64,000 nucleotides of DNA from the IMG/VR virus record IMGVR_UViG_3300029288_000001, positions 1-64,000 of that record; one strand, written 5' to 3'. The translations under genes and the position numbers were made by a program. Of the stretch, positions 20,146-29,822 are shown one piece after another. The notes beneath the pieces were generated by a model, which was given only the letters and a program-made list of their open reading frames with translations, did not search any database and had not been told where the DNA came from. Numbering within the stretch: position 1 is the stretch's first letter; each line of letters starts with the position of its first letter. The DNA comes from a virus (Duplodnaviria; Caudoviricetes).

Positions 20146-20202
20146 AATAAAAAAATAATTTTATTTAATACCATCATATTAATAAATATAAAAGGGTAAT
20201 TA

Positions 20203-20523
20203 ATGAGTATGAACGAAACTTTTGAAAACGGATCAACGGCAAACGCGAACGCGTTGGAGAACCAGAACAAGGCGCTACGATCTAAGCTAAGAAAGAACGA
20301 AGTCATCGATCGGAACGAGGTTAAAGGGTTAACGCAGCACATCAACCATTCTATTAGTAAGGAACGCGAATACGAGGCGAAAGCGAAAGCGTCCTACGCG
20401 GCGCGTTACACCAACAACGACTATTACCTCTACCTCGCGTTGTTAGAAGCCCAGAAGAACACCACGAGGCTGGTAGAATCGATCCAGTCCCGGTTAGAAT
20501 CCGATTTTAGAATGAAATATTAA
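20203..20523 (+). CDS. Coiled-coil family member 3 (tail domain, short stalk)
   Basis: LRKNEVIDRNE...DFRMKY. Confidence 0.65.
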   Translation: MSMNETFENGSTANANALENQNKALRSKLRKNEVIDRNEVKGLTQHINHSISKEREYEAKAKASYAARYTNNDYYLYLALLEAQKNTTRLVESIQSRLESDFRMKY

Positions 20524-20544
20524 GAAAGAAAGGAGTAAATAATT

Positions 20545-21495
20545 ATGAGTAATGTTAATGTATGGAAAGAAAAATTGTTAGATAAGAACATCTATACCCC
20601 AAAGGATGTCGTGAAATTAAAGACAGACATGTCTAACGCGCAGATCGCGAACCAGAAGCTGAGCGGGGATGTGTCCGTGTTACAAACTCAGAACGCGCAG
20701 TTACGGTCCGATGTATCGTTATTGAACAACGAGAACGCCAATCTAAAGGCGATCGTGCAAGAACTCCAAGCGGAAAACACCAATTTAAAGTCCGCGGTGT
20801 CCGTTGCGGAATACGAGACTCGGAAAATACACGCTACTGCGGTTAACGCTCAAGACCAAGTCAATACCTTGACTGCTACGGTTAACGCCTTAGAGCAGGA
20901 CAAGTTAAATCTCATTGGAAATATTAAAGTCTACCAAGCCGAGAACGCGCGATTAAGAGCCAATCTCGGTGCAAGTAGAGAAGAAGTGGCGGGATTAAAA
21001 GGAAACTTACAGTCCCTCCAATCCGATAACCTAGGCTTAAGGCAAGTAGTTTCAAGCTTACAAAACGATAACGGCAAGCTACGACAGGACGTGTCTCAGT
21101 TAGTCTTAGATAACTCCATGTTAAAAGATGTGATTACCAAATCAACTGGCGAGAACGACTCGTTAAAGGCGACCTTAGATAGTTTGAAAGCCGAGAACGA
21201 TTCCCTCCGAGCGCAGTTCGATGGGGCGAAAACCCAAAACGCTACGTTCGTTAACGCGCTTAGAAACAACGGCACGATCGATAGAGCCGAGATCAACGCG
21301 TGCGAGACGGCAATAAAAGCGTCGAGGGAGAGAGAAGCAGCGTTCAAGAGAGACCGCGACTTCGCTCAGACTAGAGATCCTATGAAGTTTAGTATGATTA
21401 ACGCCCAATGGGAAGGACAGAAAGGAGTAGCTGCCGCGTATGCTCATATCAGAAACATGCTCGCCGCAGATTTTCCCAAGAAGTATAGTTCGTAA
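20545..21495 (+). CDS. Coiled-coil family member 4 (long stalk)
   Basis: About 200 aa of EN..L heptads, then LRNNGTIDRAE...DFPKKY. Confidence 0.75.
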   Translation: MSNVNVWKEKLLDKNIYTPKDVVKLKTDMSNAQIANQKLSGDVSVLQTQNAQLRSDVSLLNNENANLKAIVQELQAENTNLKSAVSVAEYETRKIHATAVNAQDQVNTLTATVNALEQDKLNLIGNIKVYQAENARLRANLGASREEVAGLKGNLQSLQSDNLGLRQVVSSLQNDNGKLRQDVSQLVLDNSMLKDVITKSTGENDSLKATLDSLKAENDSLRAQFDGAKTQNATFVNALRNNGTIDRAEINACETAIKASREREAAFKRDRDFAQTRDPMKFSMINAQWEGQKGVAAAYAHIRNMLAADFPKKYSS

Positions 21496-21511
21496 AGTAG
21501 GTTGATCTTAA

Positions 21512-21982
21512 ATGCCCAAGAAGAAATACGAAGATACATTGGAAGCTATGGAGGATAGGCTCCGTCAGAGAACGATGGAAAAGATTAGAGGGCTAGTTAA
21601 TGTTACGGAAGAAAAGCTCCACGAGCGCTGTTTGGACAAGAAAGAACTTAAAAAATTGTGTAAGCTAGGAGCTAAATCTTATAAGGGAGTTGTAAAAGAA
21701 CATGGGCAACAGATCGTAGAACTCTTACCACGAACATTAACTGATTTCTCGCCAGAAGACATCTATGAATTTATGATAGGACATTTAGCTGATATTAAGA
21801 AAACGGAGAAGATATTAATAGACAATTGCACTAATTATGTCTCCGATGAAATATCAGAAATGATAACTGAGACTGCCCAACTCGATCATATTATTAAGCA
21901 AGTAGAGTTTGATTTAGAGCAAAAGGATGTGCTACAGAAATCAGATGTTAAAGAAATGAGAAAGAATTATGGAATTAAATAA
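21512..21982 (+). CDS. Hypothetical helical protein
   Basis: AGGTTGA SD 6 nt before the ATG. Confidence 0.6.
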   Translation: MPKKKYEDTLEAMEDRLRQRTMEKIRGLVNVTEEKLHERCLDKKELKKLCKLGAKSYKGVVKEHGQQIVELLPRTLTDFSPEDIYEFMIGHLADIKKTEKILIDNCTNYVSDEISEMITETAQLDHIIKQVEFDLEQKDVLQKSDVKEMRKNYGIK

Positions 21983-22007
21983 AAATATGTGAGTAGAGAA
22001 CATAATT

Positions 22008-22265
22008 ATGGCAGAAAAGAGAATAGAAGTAGAGCCTATAATCGGATACGAAGAAGAAGGATGGCATGGTATAACTAATGTTCATTGCGAAAAAGGCGAC
22101 GATGGAAAGTTTATGTGTTATACAGTATTTAACATGATGGTTGCACGTATACCTGATGTAGAGGTCATAGACATCGAGCCAAAATTTCAAGAAATGAACT
22201 GTGGGCGTTACGAATTTGAAGGTAAACGCCATTTTCGATGTTACGATAAATCTAAACAAGAATAA
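22008..22265 (+). CDS. Small Cys-containing hypothetical protein
   Basis: ORF track; operon packing. Confidence 0.55.
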   Translation: MAEKRIEVEPIIGYEEEGWHGITNVHCEKGDDGKFMCYTVFNMMVARIPDVEVIDIEPKFQEMNCGRYEFEGKRHFRCYDKSKQE

Positions 22266-22278
22266 AAAGGAATAAAAT

Positions 22279-22812
22279 ATGGGAGAAATATTAGAAAAAA
22301 TAAAAGCCGTGAAAAGCCCCGAGTTTCCGTGGCAGAAGTTAAAGCGGTTAGAAGAAGAGAACAAGAACTTAAACGCGAATGTAAATCTGCTCCAGAACGA
22401 CCTCCAGCTCTCGCAGCTAGAACGATCTAATTTACAGAGCGACTATACCAAGGTTAAACAAGAAGCGGATATGTATTACAACGAAAACCTGGCGTTAAAA
22501 CAACAACGAGACGAAGCCTACGCTTCAATAAACGGGTTAAAGAAAAGGAACGCCGAGTTAGAACAAGCGTTAGAGAGGTTTACTATGATCCTTAAAACGA
22601 ACTCGGATATCGATAAAAGAGAGATTGATAACCTCCATAAAATAGCGGCGGCGTCCCAGAACCAAGAGAATGTATATAGGAGTTCCACAAACATTCCAAA
22701 TATTACGGGTATAATTTTTAGATCGCGGTTCGAGGTCCAGCACACGATGACCACTACGATTCAAGGACTTGAAAATAGGACCATAGAGGTCTATAAAAAG
22801 AAATATACTTAA
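22279..22812 (+). CDS. EFPWQ coiled-coil family member 5
   Basis: PEFPWQKLKRLEEEN head; LKTNSDIDKRE...YKKKY tail. Confidence 0.7.
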   Translation: MGEILEKIKAVKSPEFPWQKLKRLEEENKNLNANVNLLQNDLQLSQLERSNLQSDYTKVKQEADMYYNENLALKQQRDEAYASINGLKKRNAELEQALERFTMILKTNSDIDKREIDNLHKIAAASQNQENVYRSSTNIPNITGIIFRSRFEVQHTMTTTIQGLENRTIEVYKKKYT

Positions 22813-22824
22813 AGGATAATAATA

Positions 22825-23577
22825 ATGGAATATCTAAAGAATTGGAAGGATAAAGTTGCCAATAAGGCTACCGATGTAACGAGTATTGTTCCCGACCTTA
22901 GCCAGTTGGATAAATATAATATTATAAAGAGACTTGGTATCTTAGAAGACCGCCTTAACAACACGAGCGATCAGTTAATGAAAGATTTAACTTATGTACA
23001 AATGTCCGCGCAGAACCTCGCTTCAACAATTGCGGCAGGTACATTAGAAATATCTACTTCTGTGCAGAATATCGCTAAGGTGTTAGGAGCAACGAGCATG
23101 GATATCGCAACGAGCGCCGCCAGTCTTGGTACAGAGTTTCTCAACTCCGCAACACGCATCAATAATCCCGCGAGTTATATAAAAGAACAAATGGAATCCA
23201 TGGCAAACGATGTTAGCGATATGAGAGGAGATATAAGACGAGGTATATCGAAATACTGGGACGCATTACAGCACGCCGCAAGTGCGATAAATAACGCAAA
23301 GGATGGTTTATCGGTAATGACCTACAGCGGCGACCACGGGGGTCCGTTATTTGTACAATTGACTACTTCGTTTAACAAAATAAGCGGTGCCGCGTTTCAA
23401 TTAAAAAGATCCTACGATAACTTTGCGGGTCAAAACAAAAGCACTATATCGAAGGAAGCGGACGACATTCAAAAAGCCGCGAACGGGATCGTAGCCGCTA
23501 TTAATAAATTTTCTAAGAGTTTTACTAACATCTTTACTAACCTAGCGAATAACATTAAAGGATTAACGAAACAGTAG
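22825..23577 (+). CDS. Ala/Ser-rich amphipathic helical protein; last gene of the plus-strand block
   Basis: Long amphipathic helices; WKDK near the N-terminus resembles WKEK in 20545. Confidence 0.6.
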   Translation: MEYLKNWKDKVANKATDVTSIVPDLSQLDKYNIIKRLGILEDRLNNTSDQLMKDLTYVQMSAQNLASTIAAGTLEISTSVQNIAKVLGATSMDIATSAASLGTEFLNSATRINNPASYIKEQMESMANDVSDMRGDIRRGISKYWDALQHAASAINNAKDGLSVMTYSGDHGGPLFVQLTTSFNKISGAAFQLKRSYDNFAGQNKSTISKEADDIQKAANGIVAAINKFSKSFTNIFTNLANNIKGLTKQ

Positions 23578-23580
23578 TTT

Positions 23581-24147
23581 TTATCTTTTTCTTTCTTTTT
23601 TTAAAGGTTGATCGTCGTATCGAAGATTTCGCTTAACCCATTTATAATCTGGCTTTAATTTCTCTATTTTCTCTCGGTCGTAGTTATCGGGAAGCTCTTT
23701 TTCATGGATAGGGCGACCTACGCGGTTCTCGTTCCAGTTCCGCTCTATTTTTTCGCTATGATAGTCTTTACCGTAGGGTTTCGATCTTAATAAATAGAGG
23801 AAATTATCCTTACCGTTGGGAATGATTACTCCCACTTGGGTGTAGCTTCCTTCCATGTTACCCCACCTACACTTCTTAACGAAGTCCACGCGCGGTGTTC
23901 GAGGGTAGAGTATATACGACAATTCGCACCGCATTAAGTTCCAAATAGCTTGATACAAGACCGCTTGAAACCCTTTTAATTTCGCCTCTACTGCAATAAA
24001 AATATCTTTTTTTTTAATAAGAATATCTATATACCCTTCGCTATGGTAAGAACCTCTTCTTACTTCGCGTTTATACTCGCACCCTTGTTTATCTAAGAAC
24101 TTACAATAGTCGTCTATAAGCTCTATTTCTTTTTTATAATGCGTCAT
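23581..24147 (-). CDS. PD-(D/E)xK nuclease-family protein
   Basis: REV...GYIDILIK...IAVEAKL...QA motif. Confidence 0.7.
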   Translation of the reverse strand: MTHYKKEIELIDDYCKFLDKQGCEYKREVRRGSYHSEGYIDILIKKKDIFIAVEAKLKGFQAVLYQAIWNLMRCELSYILYPRTPRVDFVKKCRWGNMEGSYTQVGVIIPNGKDNFLYLLRSKPYGKDYHSEKIERNWNENRVGRPIHEKELPDNYDREKIEKLKPDYKWVKRNLRYDDQPLKKERKR

Positions 24148-24148
24148 A

Positions 24149-24340
24149 TTATTTTCGATCGTTATATAAGAAAAAATCGAGATTATTTCGTTTTTTACTA
24201 GGTTCTTTCGATCGTTTTCTGTAAGGGCAGGTCTCGTAGCACGCGGGAAAACCCGTGTCGTTGCCTTCCCAGCTAAAGTCCTTGTAAGGACAGTCCAGAC
24301 AGAGCATTACTCCTTTTTCGCTTTTTTGTGGTTCTCCCAT
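24149..24340 (-). CDS. Small Cys-rich protein with a PIP-like tail
   Basis: CLDCPY...CYETCPY; C-terminal NNLDFFL. Confidence 0.55.
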   Translation of the reverse strand: MGEPQKSEKGVMLCLDCPYKDFSWEGNDTGFPACYETCPYRKRSKEPSKKRNNLDFFLYNDRK

Positions 24341-24972
24341 TGTTTATAACTACTGTCTAGTTCTGCTAATTCTGGTATAACTTCTGGCTCTACACCGTTC
24401 GTTTCGAACTCGGGTCGTATCTCTCGCGCGTCGCGGACTAACGCCGATTCGTTGGTATTGTAGGCGTAGGTGAAGTCTCTTCCAATGTAATACAAGAGCG
24501 GATATACCTTACCCTTGATGGGCGTGTCCTCGCTGTTGTAGATCTCGATCGAAGGATACATTAACGGATTTTCCGATCTTATGTGCGTGATATCGAAGTA
24601 ATAACCGCCTATGTTGCCCGCGTTAAATATAGCGCCCGCGATCGTAGAGTAAGGACACCCTTGTGGCATTTCTATTTGGTAGTAGCCGTTATTTCCAACA
24701 TCTATATCAGAATAGATGCCAAGATACACATAAAGGACTTGGTAATCCTCGTTGTGTCTTAGCGAGTATTCGTAATGCATTCCCGACTTAGAATAGACTT
24801 CAACATTAACAATCTTACCAAAATCGCGAGGATCGGCAGGGTAATACATACAACACACTTCGCGGAGAGATCTCGACTTAGCGGTCTCTTTTGTTAACGC
24901 GCGTATCTTCTCTAAATACCGCACGATCGTCGCGTAGAGGTTGTAATGGTCTCGAATTAAAAAATCTAACAT
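24307..24972 (-). CDS. Divergent paralogue of the 4181 beta-rich protein
   Basis: Collinear motifs: YQIEMPQGCP/FRLEFPLGQP, YPSIEIYN/YPAVRLYN, YYIGRDF/WIFGQKF. Confidence 0.55.
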   Translation of the reverse strand: MLDFLIRDHYNLYATIVRYLEKIRALTKETAKSRSLREVCCMYYPADPRDFGKIVNVEVYSKSGMHYEYSLRHNEDYQVLYVYLGIYSDIDVGNNGYYQIEMPQGCPYSTIAGAIFNAGNIGGYYFDITHIRSENPLMYPSIEIYNSEDTPIKGKVYPLLYYIGRDFTYAYNTNESALVRDAREIRPEFETNGVEPEVIPELAELDSSYKQWENHKKAKKE

Positions 24973-25036
24973 TTCTTCTTTCTCTCTTTTTTAATAGTAT
25001 TATTAATTACGATCAAAAAAATAAAAAAAATAAGGT

Positions 25037-26026
25037 TTATGGTTCTGTAGAATTGCTTACATCCAGAAATATATTGGGCGTGTTGCTACAGATGATTAAA
25101 TACGCGCTATCGTGGTGCTCGATCGCTTGAATCCATAGATAGGTTAATAGTTGGGTCGAGTTAAACCCTAGTTGCTCCGCTAAATGAAACAACGATTCTG
25201 CCTGTGCGGTAAAGGTAATATTAAGCACTTGGGCGGTAGCTTGGGCTTCGATGATCGAAATGTTGTATTGTGCTTGTGCTTCGATAATGAGCGTGCTCGC
25301 TCGTATCGTCGCGGCTTGTTGTTGATATTCTGCTATCTTTATTTCTTGTTTAGCGACTTCTACTAACTCGATCGCATTTTCAAAACTATCGGGTAAGTTG
25401 ATCTCTCTAAGTTGGAATTCTCCGATCTCTACAAACATCACATCTTCTTTATCGATTAACGCTTGTTTTATTTCGGAATCGATCTGCGAACGGTTATAAA
25501 AGAACTCTAACGCGTCGTATTTCGAACTTACATCTCGAATAACTCCTCGCGCGATCCTTAGTATTGCATCGGAATAATCCAAAGTGTAAGCGGAATACAA
25601 ATCCTTTACTGTATCTTTGTTTAGCTTGTATTGGAACGATAAGTCTATCGATAAGTCTAGTCCATCTTCCGTTCGAGAGCTTACAGGTATATCCTTGCCG
25701 TATCCCTGCTCTTCTAAGGGTAAGTCGGTGTCCGTATTCGCAGATTTATCGTCTTCCGTTTTCTTATTTTCGTCCTTGTCCGATGGTATGAATTCGATCG
25801 TCTGCCATGTAGATGGGAATCGTATCATATCGTATTGGATTCCAACCCAGTATAGTCCTGCTTCGTATACTTCGTCGTCGATCTCTTTTGTAAGCACATT
25901 TTGTTTTAGCGCGTAGCAATTATAATCCACTTGCTCTAACCCTCCAAGTCCAAAAGTTAGCCCAAGGACGGTTCCAACAATAACTCCGATGAGTATAATT
26001 GCCTTTATATGATAATTTCTTACCAT
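25037..26026 (-). CDS. SPFH / prohibitin (band 7) family membrane protein
   Basis: N-terminal TM; SRTEDGLDLSIDLSFQYKL; IRDVSSKYDALEFFYNRSQI; FQLREINLPDSFENAIE; C-terminal coiled coil. Confidence 0.9.
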   Translation of the reverse strand: MVRNYHIKAIILIGVIVGTVLGLTFGLGGLEQVDYNCYALKQNVLTKEIDDEVYEAGLYWVGIQYDMIRFPSTWQTIEFIPSDKDENKKTEDDKSANTDTDLPLEEQGYGKDIPVSSRTEDGLDLSIDLSFQYKLNKDTVKDLYSAYTLDYSDAILRIARGVIRDVSSKYDALEFFYNRSQIDSEIKQALIDKEDVMFVEIGEFQLREINLPDSFENAIELVEVAKQEIKIAEYQQQAATIRASTLIIEAQAQYNISIIEAQATAQVLNITFTAQAESLFHLAEQLGFNSTQLLTYLWIQAIEHHDSAYLIICSNTPNIFLDVSNSTEP

Positions 26027-26087
26027 GTTTTATTTTCCTCCATACTCGTTTCGAATTGAAACCAGTTTTCCGTGGAAAAAATAGTAG

Positions 26088-26516
26088 TTATAATCCTTTT
26101 TTTTCTTTTTCCTTTTCTAACTTCTTTATAAGAGCTATTACATTGTGGTATTCTTTCCCAATCCTTAGAGCGATCTCGTGGTTCTTCTCTTCCGTAGACT
26201 TATCAGAAGTCATAATCTTTATAACATCGTAGAGAGGTGCGCCTATCCTCGTATATTTCAACCGATCTATTTCAAGACCCTTCATTACTAAATCTTGACA
26301 GACCATTTCCCGTATCATCGGACCAGAAAGAAAGCTAGGATTTGCCGAGATCAGTTTTCTAGTAAGACTCTGGGCTATATTCGTTGCTAGTGGATTAGAC
26401 ATCTTCGTTTCTACGACCAGAGAGTCGCGGATCCTTATGGGATCGAACGGCTCTAGGTCACCTTTGGAAGTATATACAAGCGGCAATAACTTCTCGATGA
26501 TCTTTCCATTGTCCAT
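26088..26516 (-). CDS. Stand-alone ATP-cone domain protein
   Basis: VYTSKGDLEPFDPIRIRDSLVVET...SGPMIREMVC...YTRIGAPLYDV resembles the N-terminus of archaeal anaerobic ribonucleotide reductase. Confidence 0.8.
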   Translation of the reverse strand: MDNGKIIEKLLPLVYTSKGDLEPFDPIRIRDSLVVETKMSNPLATNIAQSLTRKLISANPSFLSGPMIREMVCQDLVMKGLEIDRLKYTRIGAPLYDVIKIMTSDKSTEEKNHEIALRIGKEYHNVIALIKKLEKEKEKKGL

Positions 26517-27047
26517 GACCTTACCCCATAGAATAGTAGTATTCCTCTTCGTAGAAGATTAACCCGTAAGGGTCGTCGGTAAGGACATAGATCGTGCATT
26601 CGTCGTTTTCCATTTTATTTCCTCTCTTTTACAAGAGCGTTATCGTTTATTTCTATTTCTGGAGAAGGTAAGGGTATTATTCCAGAGTTACTACACTCTA
26701 TTCGTATATTATCATTGATCGTGATCTGGATAATATCTTTCTCGTAGACTCCTTCTACTACTATAGAAGGGGGTTTCTTCGCTAATATTTTCAACTCTCC
26801 TATCTTTAGAGCTAATTCGTAAGGTTCTTCAAAGATCATTTTTTCTTTTCCCTCATTTATTTCTTTTTCATTAGAATTAAATTGTAATTAACGGCATCTC
26901 TTGGAACCGTAAAATTATGAACATGAATCGTGGAATCGCTCCCACAATATGGACATAAATTGGTAAAGGGTTCGTCTTCGTAGGGTTTTAAATGATCTTC
27001 CATAACCGTGTTACAACACATGCAATACCACATTGATTTCTCCTCCA

Positions 27048-28199
27048 TCATTTCTTTTTCTTAGATGGTTTAGGGTTTATTTTTTCTTGAAGAACCTTAA
27101 ACGATTTTAACGCGTGGAAGATCGTGTCGGTAAATGGCGATCCTTTCTGGTTCTTTGACGAGATCGTGTCGTTATCTACGCTTAAGATCTCTATATGGCT
27201 CGCTCCTCGTCTCCATACCGACCCTACGGTAAACTTCTGTAAGCATTCCGCTCTTACGAACTTCGCGGCGTGCTCGCACGGTTTATCCAACACTAACCGT
27301 ATCTCCTTTAACTCCTTATTGTCCACATCGGCGTCTTCTGCCTCGCTCACGACCTCTTCGTGTGTGGTAGACAGATTGCAATACTTACACTCTATTTCGT
27401 CGTCGTCGGTAATGTAGGTTAAGTCAGTAGGATCGATGATCTTGTCTAACTCGTTCGCTCTATAGGCTTTAGAGATCGCGATCTTTCGTTTTATGCCCGC
27501 CTCGATCTTAGTCCAGTTGGATTCGTCGTATTTCACGATCTTGTAAAACATCTTCATGTTGGATTTGTTTATGAAGATCATCGGAATAGACGATACGCCC
27601 GTCGCTTTCATATAGAAGGTCATCTGGGCGATGTATTGCCACGAGGCTCCTTTCTTGTAATACTTCCAAAACAACGACCTATCGGCGGATTTTACATCCC
27701 ATACGGCGATCCACTTCGCGTCGGGGTGTTTAAAAAGAACTTCCCCTTCCACATTTCGAAATTTAACTTTTTTTTTAACGAAGCCGGGCTCCGTGACCAA
27801 ACACATGTCTACCGGAGAGATCATTAGTAACCGATCTTCTTCGCCTTCTTTTTCTCCTTTAAACACGAACTCGTGCGTCACGTAGATTTCTTCGCCGTAG
27901 ATAATACCAGGGTGGGCTTGTTTAAACTCGTCCGAGGTGTAATACTCGTAGAGAGGAGCGCGAAACACCTTGTGCCACGTATCTCCTACATCCATTCCCC
28001 CCGTTTCTCCCTTCACGCCTTCTAACGGAGGTAGCTTCACACCGCTCATCTTGGCTCCTTCTCGGACATTACAGCCTCCACACCTACTTCCCCCGCTTTG
28101 TCCATCGGGGTGCATGTGGAATTGAGAATCTTGTTTCCTCTGCGCGCGGTAAATGCGGTCGTGATCCGCGATCGGATCGATTATTGGCTTAGCTTCCAT
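27048..28199 (-). CDS. Cas4-like / PD-(D/E)xK exonuclease
   Basis: HPDG..C, G..WH, SPVD, WDVKS, Q..FYM, C-terminal CKYC...C. No CRISPR context. Confidence 0.7.
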   Translation of the reverse strand: MEAKPIIDPIADHDRIYRAQRKQDSQFHMHPDGQSGGSRCGGCNVREGAKMSGVKLPPLEGVKGETGGMDVGDTWHKVFRAPLYEYYTSDEFKQAHPGIIYGEEIYVTHEFVFKGEKEGEEDRLLMISPVDMCLVTEPGFVKKKVKFRNVEGEVLFKHPDAKWIAVWDVKSADRSLFWKYYKKGASWQYIAQMTFYMKATGVSSIPMIFINKSNMKMFYKIVKYDESNWTKIEAGIKRKIAISKAYRANELDKIIDPTDLTYITDDDEIECKYCNLSTTHEEVVSEAEDADVDNKELKEIRLVLDKPCEHAAKFVRAECLQKFTVGSVWRRGASHIEILSVDNDTISSKNQKGSPFTDTIFHALKSFKVLQEKINPKPSKKKK

Positions 28200-28649
28200 T
28201 TACGACACCTCCACGATTATCCACCATTTAAACAAGGGTGGTAACTTTCCCCAGTCCGTGGACTTCTTGTAGAGTAAGTCGTTCCACTCGCTATATTTAA
28301 GCTCGGGTATATCGAACGATGCGTCTACGCCATCGAACGGAGTCTCGTGGTAAGTCTCGGCAATATAAAGGTAAGTGTCGTGCTCGCCGTAGTTAGCTAT
28401 GTTACTAATCCTCAGCGGTTTTTTCGTTTGTTCCCATTTTTTGTTGATCTCGTCGAAGATTCTAAGCCTTCCCCACTTCTGGAAGAGATAGTCCGATCCC
28501 GAGATATAGTCCTTTTGTACCTCATCGTATCCTTTATAGAAGTTGGGCACAAATGGCGATTCTTTTTCGATAATATACAACATCTCTTCCTTCGTAGGTT
28601 CTTCCAATTTCATTCCATACAATACGAACGCTTGGTAATCGGTTCCCAT
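28200..28649 (-). CDS. Hypothetical protein
   Basis: MGTDYQAFVLYGMKL; abuts the next gene. Confidence 0.6.
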   Translation of the reverse strand: MGTDYQAFVLYGMKLEEPTKEEMLYIIEKESPFVPNFYKGYDEVQKDYISGSDYLFQKWGRLRIFDEINKKWEQTKKPLRISNIANYGEHDTYLYIAETYHETPFDGVDASFDIPELKYSEWNDLLYKKSTDWGKLPPLFKWWIIVEVS

Positions 28650-28848
28650 GTTTATTTCTCCTCTTTCTTTTCTAACCTTTTTTCGATCTCGTTAAAGATT
28701 TCGTTCATAAACGCTATATAAAGCTTCTTGTTGAGTTTGGCTTGTTCCATAAAATAGTAGACTTGTTCTCTTAGAAGAGCCATCATTTTTTTATTGGAAC
28801 TCTTTAACACATCTTGTAACGATTCATTATCCCATTCTTCTTCCATAT

Positions 28849-29097
28849 TTATTTTTCCTCTATACCATATTTGTTTTTCCCATACCAGCGGGATGTTTTC
28901 TGCCAATCTACCGTGTGGTAAAAAGGCATGATCTCGTCCTTAACGGTTTCGATTATTCCTTCCTTCGTTAACGCGGTAAGGTGCTTGATCGTTTTCTTCT
29001 TGCGCCACCCTAGAAAACCTGCGTAGCCTTCCATCGTGCAGTTGGGATGGATGCTTATCGATTCGTAGAGCCTCCATTCCTTTTCAAAATCCGTCGT
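28849..29097 (-). CDS. Hypothetical protein, ACG start (MTDFEKEWRLY)
   Basis: GAGGGA-CTTTAA-ACG directly after the upstream stop; extends the track ORF by 21 codons. Confidence 0.6.
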   Translation of the reverse strand, partial: TTDFEKEWRLYESISIHPNCTMEGYAGFLGWRKKKTIKHLTALTKEGIIETVKDEIMPFYHTVDWQKTSRWYGKNKYGIEEK

Positions 29098-29378
29098 TTA
29101 AAGTCCCTCTTTCGATTTAATATACAACGACAAGTACGCTAACGCGATATCTAATTTGGTATCGCCCATATTGTCTACTCTACCCTCCACTAACTCAAGC
29201 ACTTGGAGCGGCGTCCATTCCTTCGCCATGCGTTCCTCCCAATGATCGGGGCAGAGCGGTATACTCTCGTTCTTTTCTTGGTCTCTAAACCAGAGTAGCT
29301 CGTCCTCTCCTTTATCGTAGTCGTATTTCATTAATACATCTAGGACTTTTCCACATTTCGCGCATTTTTCCTTCTCTA

Positions 29379-29822
29379 TCATTTCTTTTCCTCCTTATTT
29401 AAGGATTTTTCCAATTTCCATTGTAATTCTAAAGTGCTCGTCATAAACCCGCATTTTGGACACTCGCGCGGATATTCGTTGTGCATGAAACAACCGTCCT
29501 CGTGGTTTTGATAGAACTTATGGTTACACAATGGGCATTTCATTTTATGGGTAGTACGGCTTACTCCTCCAGGGTGGAACGAGGGATCGGGAAAGCCGTA
29601 GTCGATCGTTTCAAGTCGCTTTTTATTAACTTCTTTTAATAAATCTAATAATTCTTGTCGAGTAAAAGTAGTGCCACAACGCTTACAATACGCCATCGAG
29701 TTGTTTTCGTAAAGGATTAACTCGTTAGAAGCGCATTTGGGACACACTTCGTATCTCTTGTCTCTTTCGTAGACTTCGTCCGTATTTCTCAATAAAAAAA
29801 GGTCGTCTCCAAATCCAAACAT
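29379..29822 (-). CDS. Double zinc-ribbon protein
   Basis: CPKC..CKRC and CPLC..CPKC. Confidence 0.65.
   Translation of the reverse strand: MFGFGDDLFLLRNTDEVYERDKRYEVCPKCASNELILYENNSMAYCKRCGTTFTRQELLDLLKEVNKKRLETIDYGFPDPSFHPGGVSRTTHKMKCPLCNHKFYQNHEDGCFMHNEYPRECPKCGFMTSTLELQWKLEKSLNKEEKK

Noticed and set aside
18299-23577. ESCRT-III or SNARE homology of the coiled-coil family
   Set aside because: Only generic heptad patterns; no diagnostic motif recognisable without structure searches.
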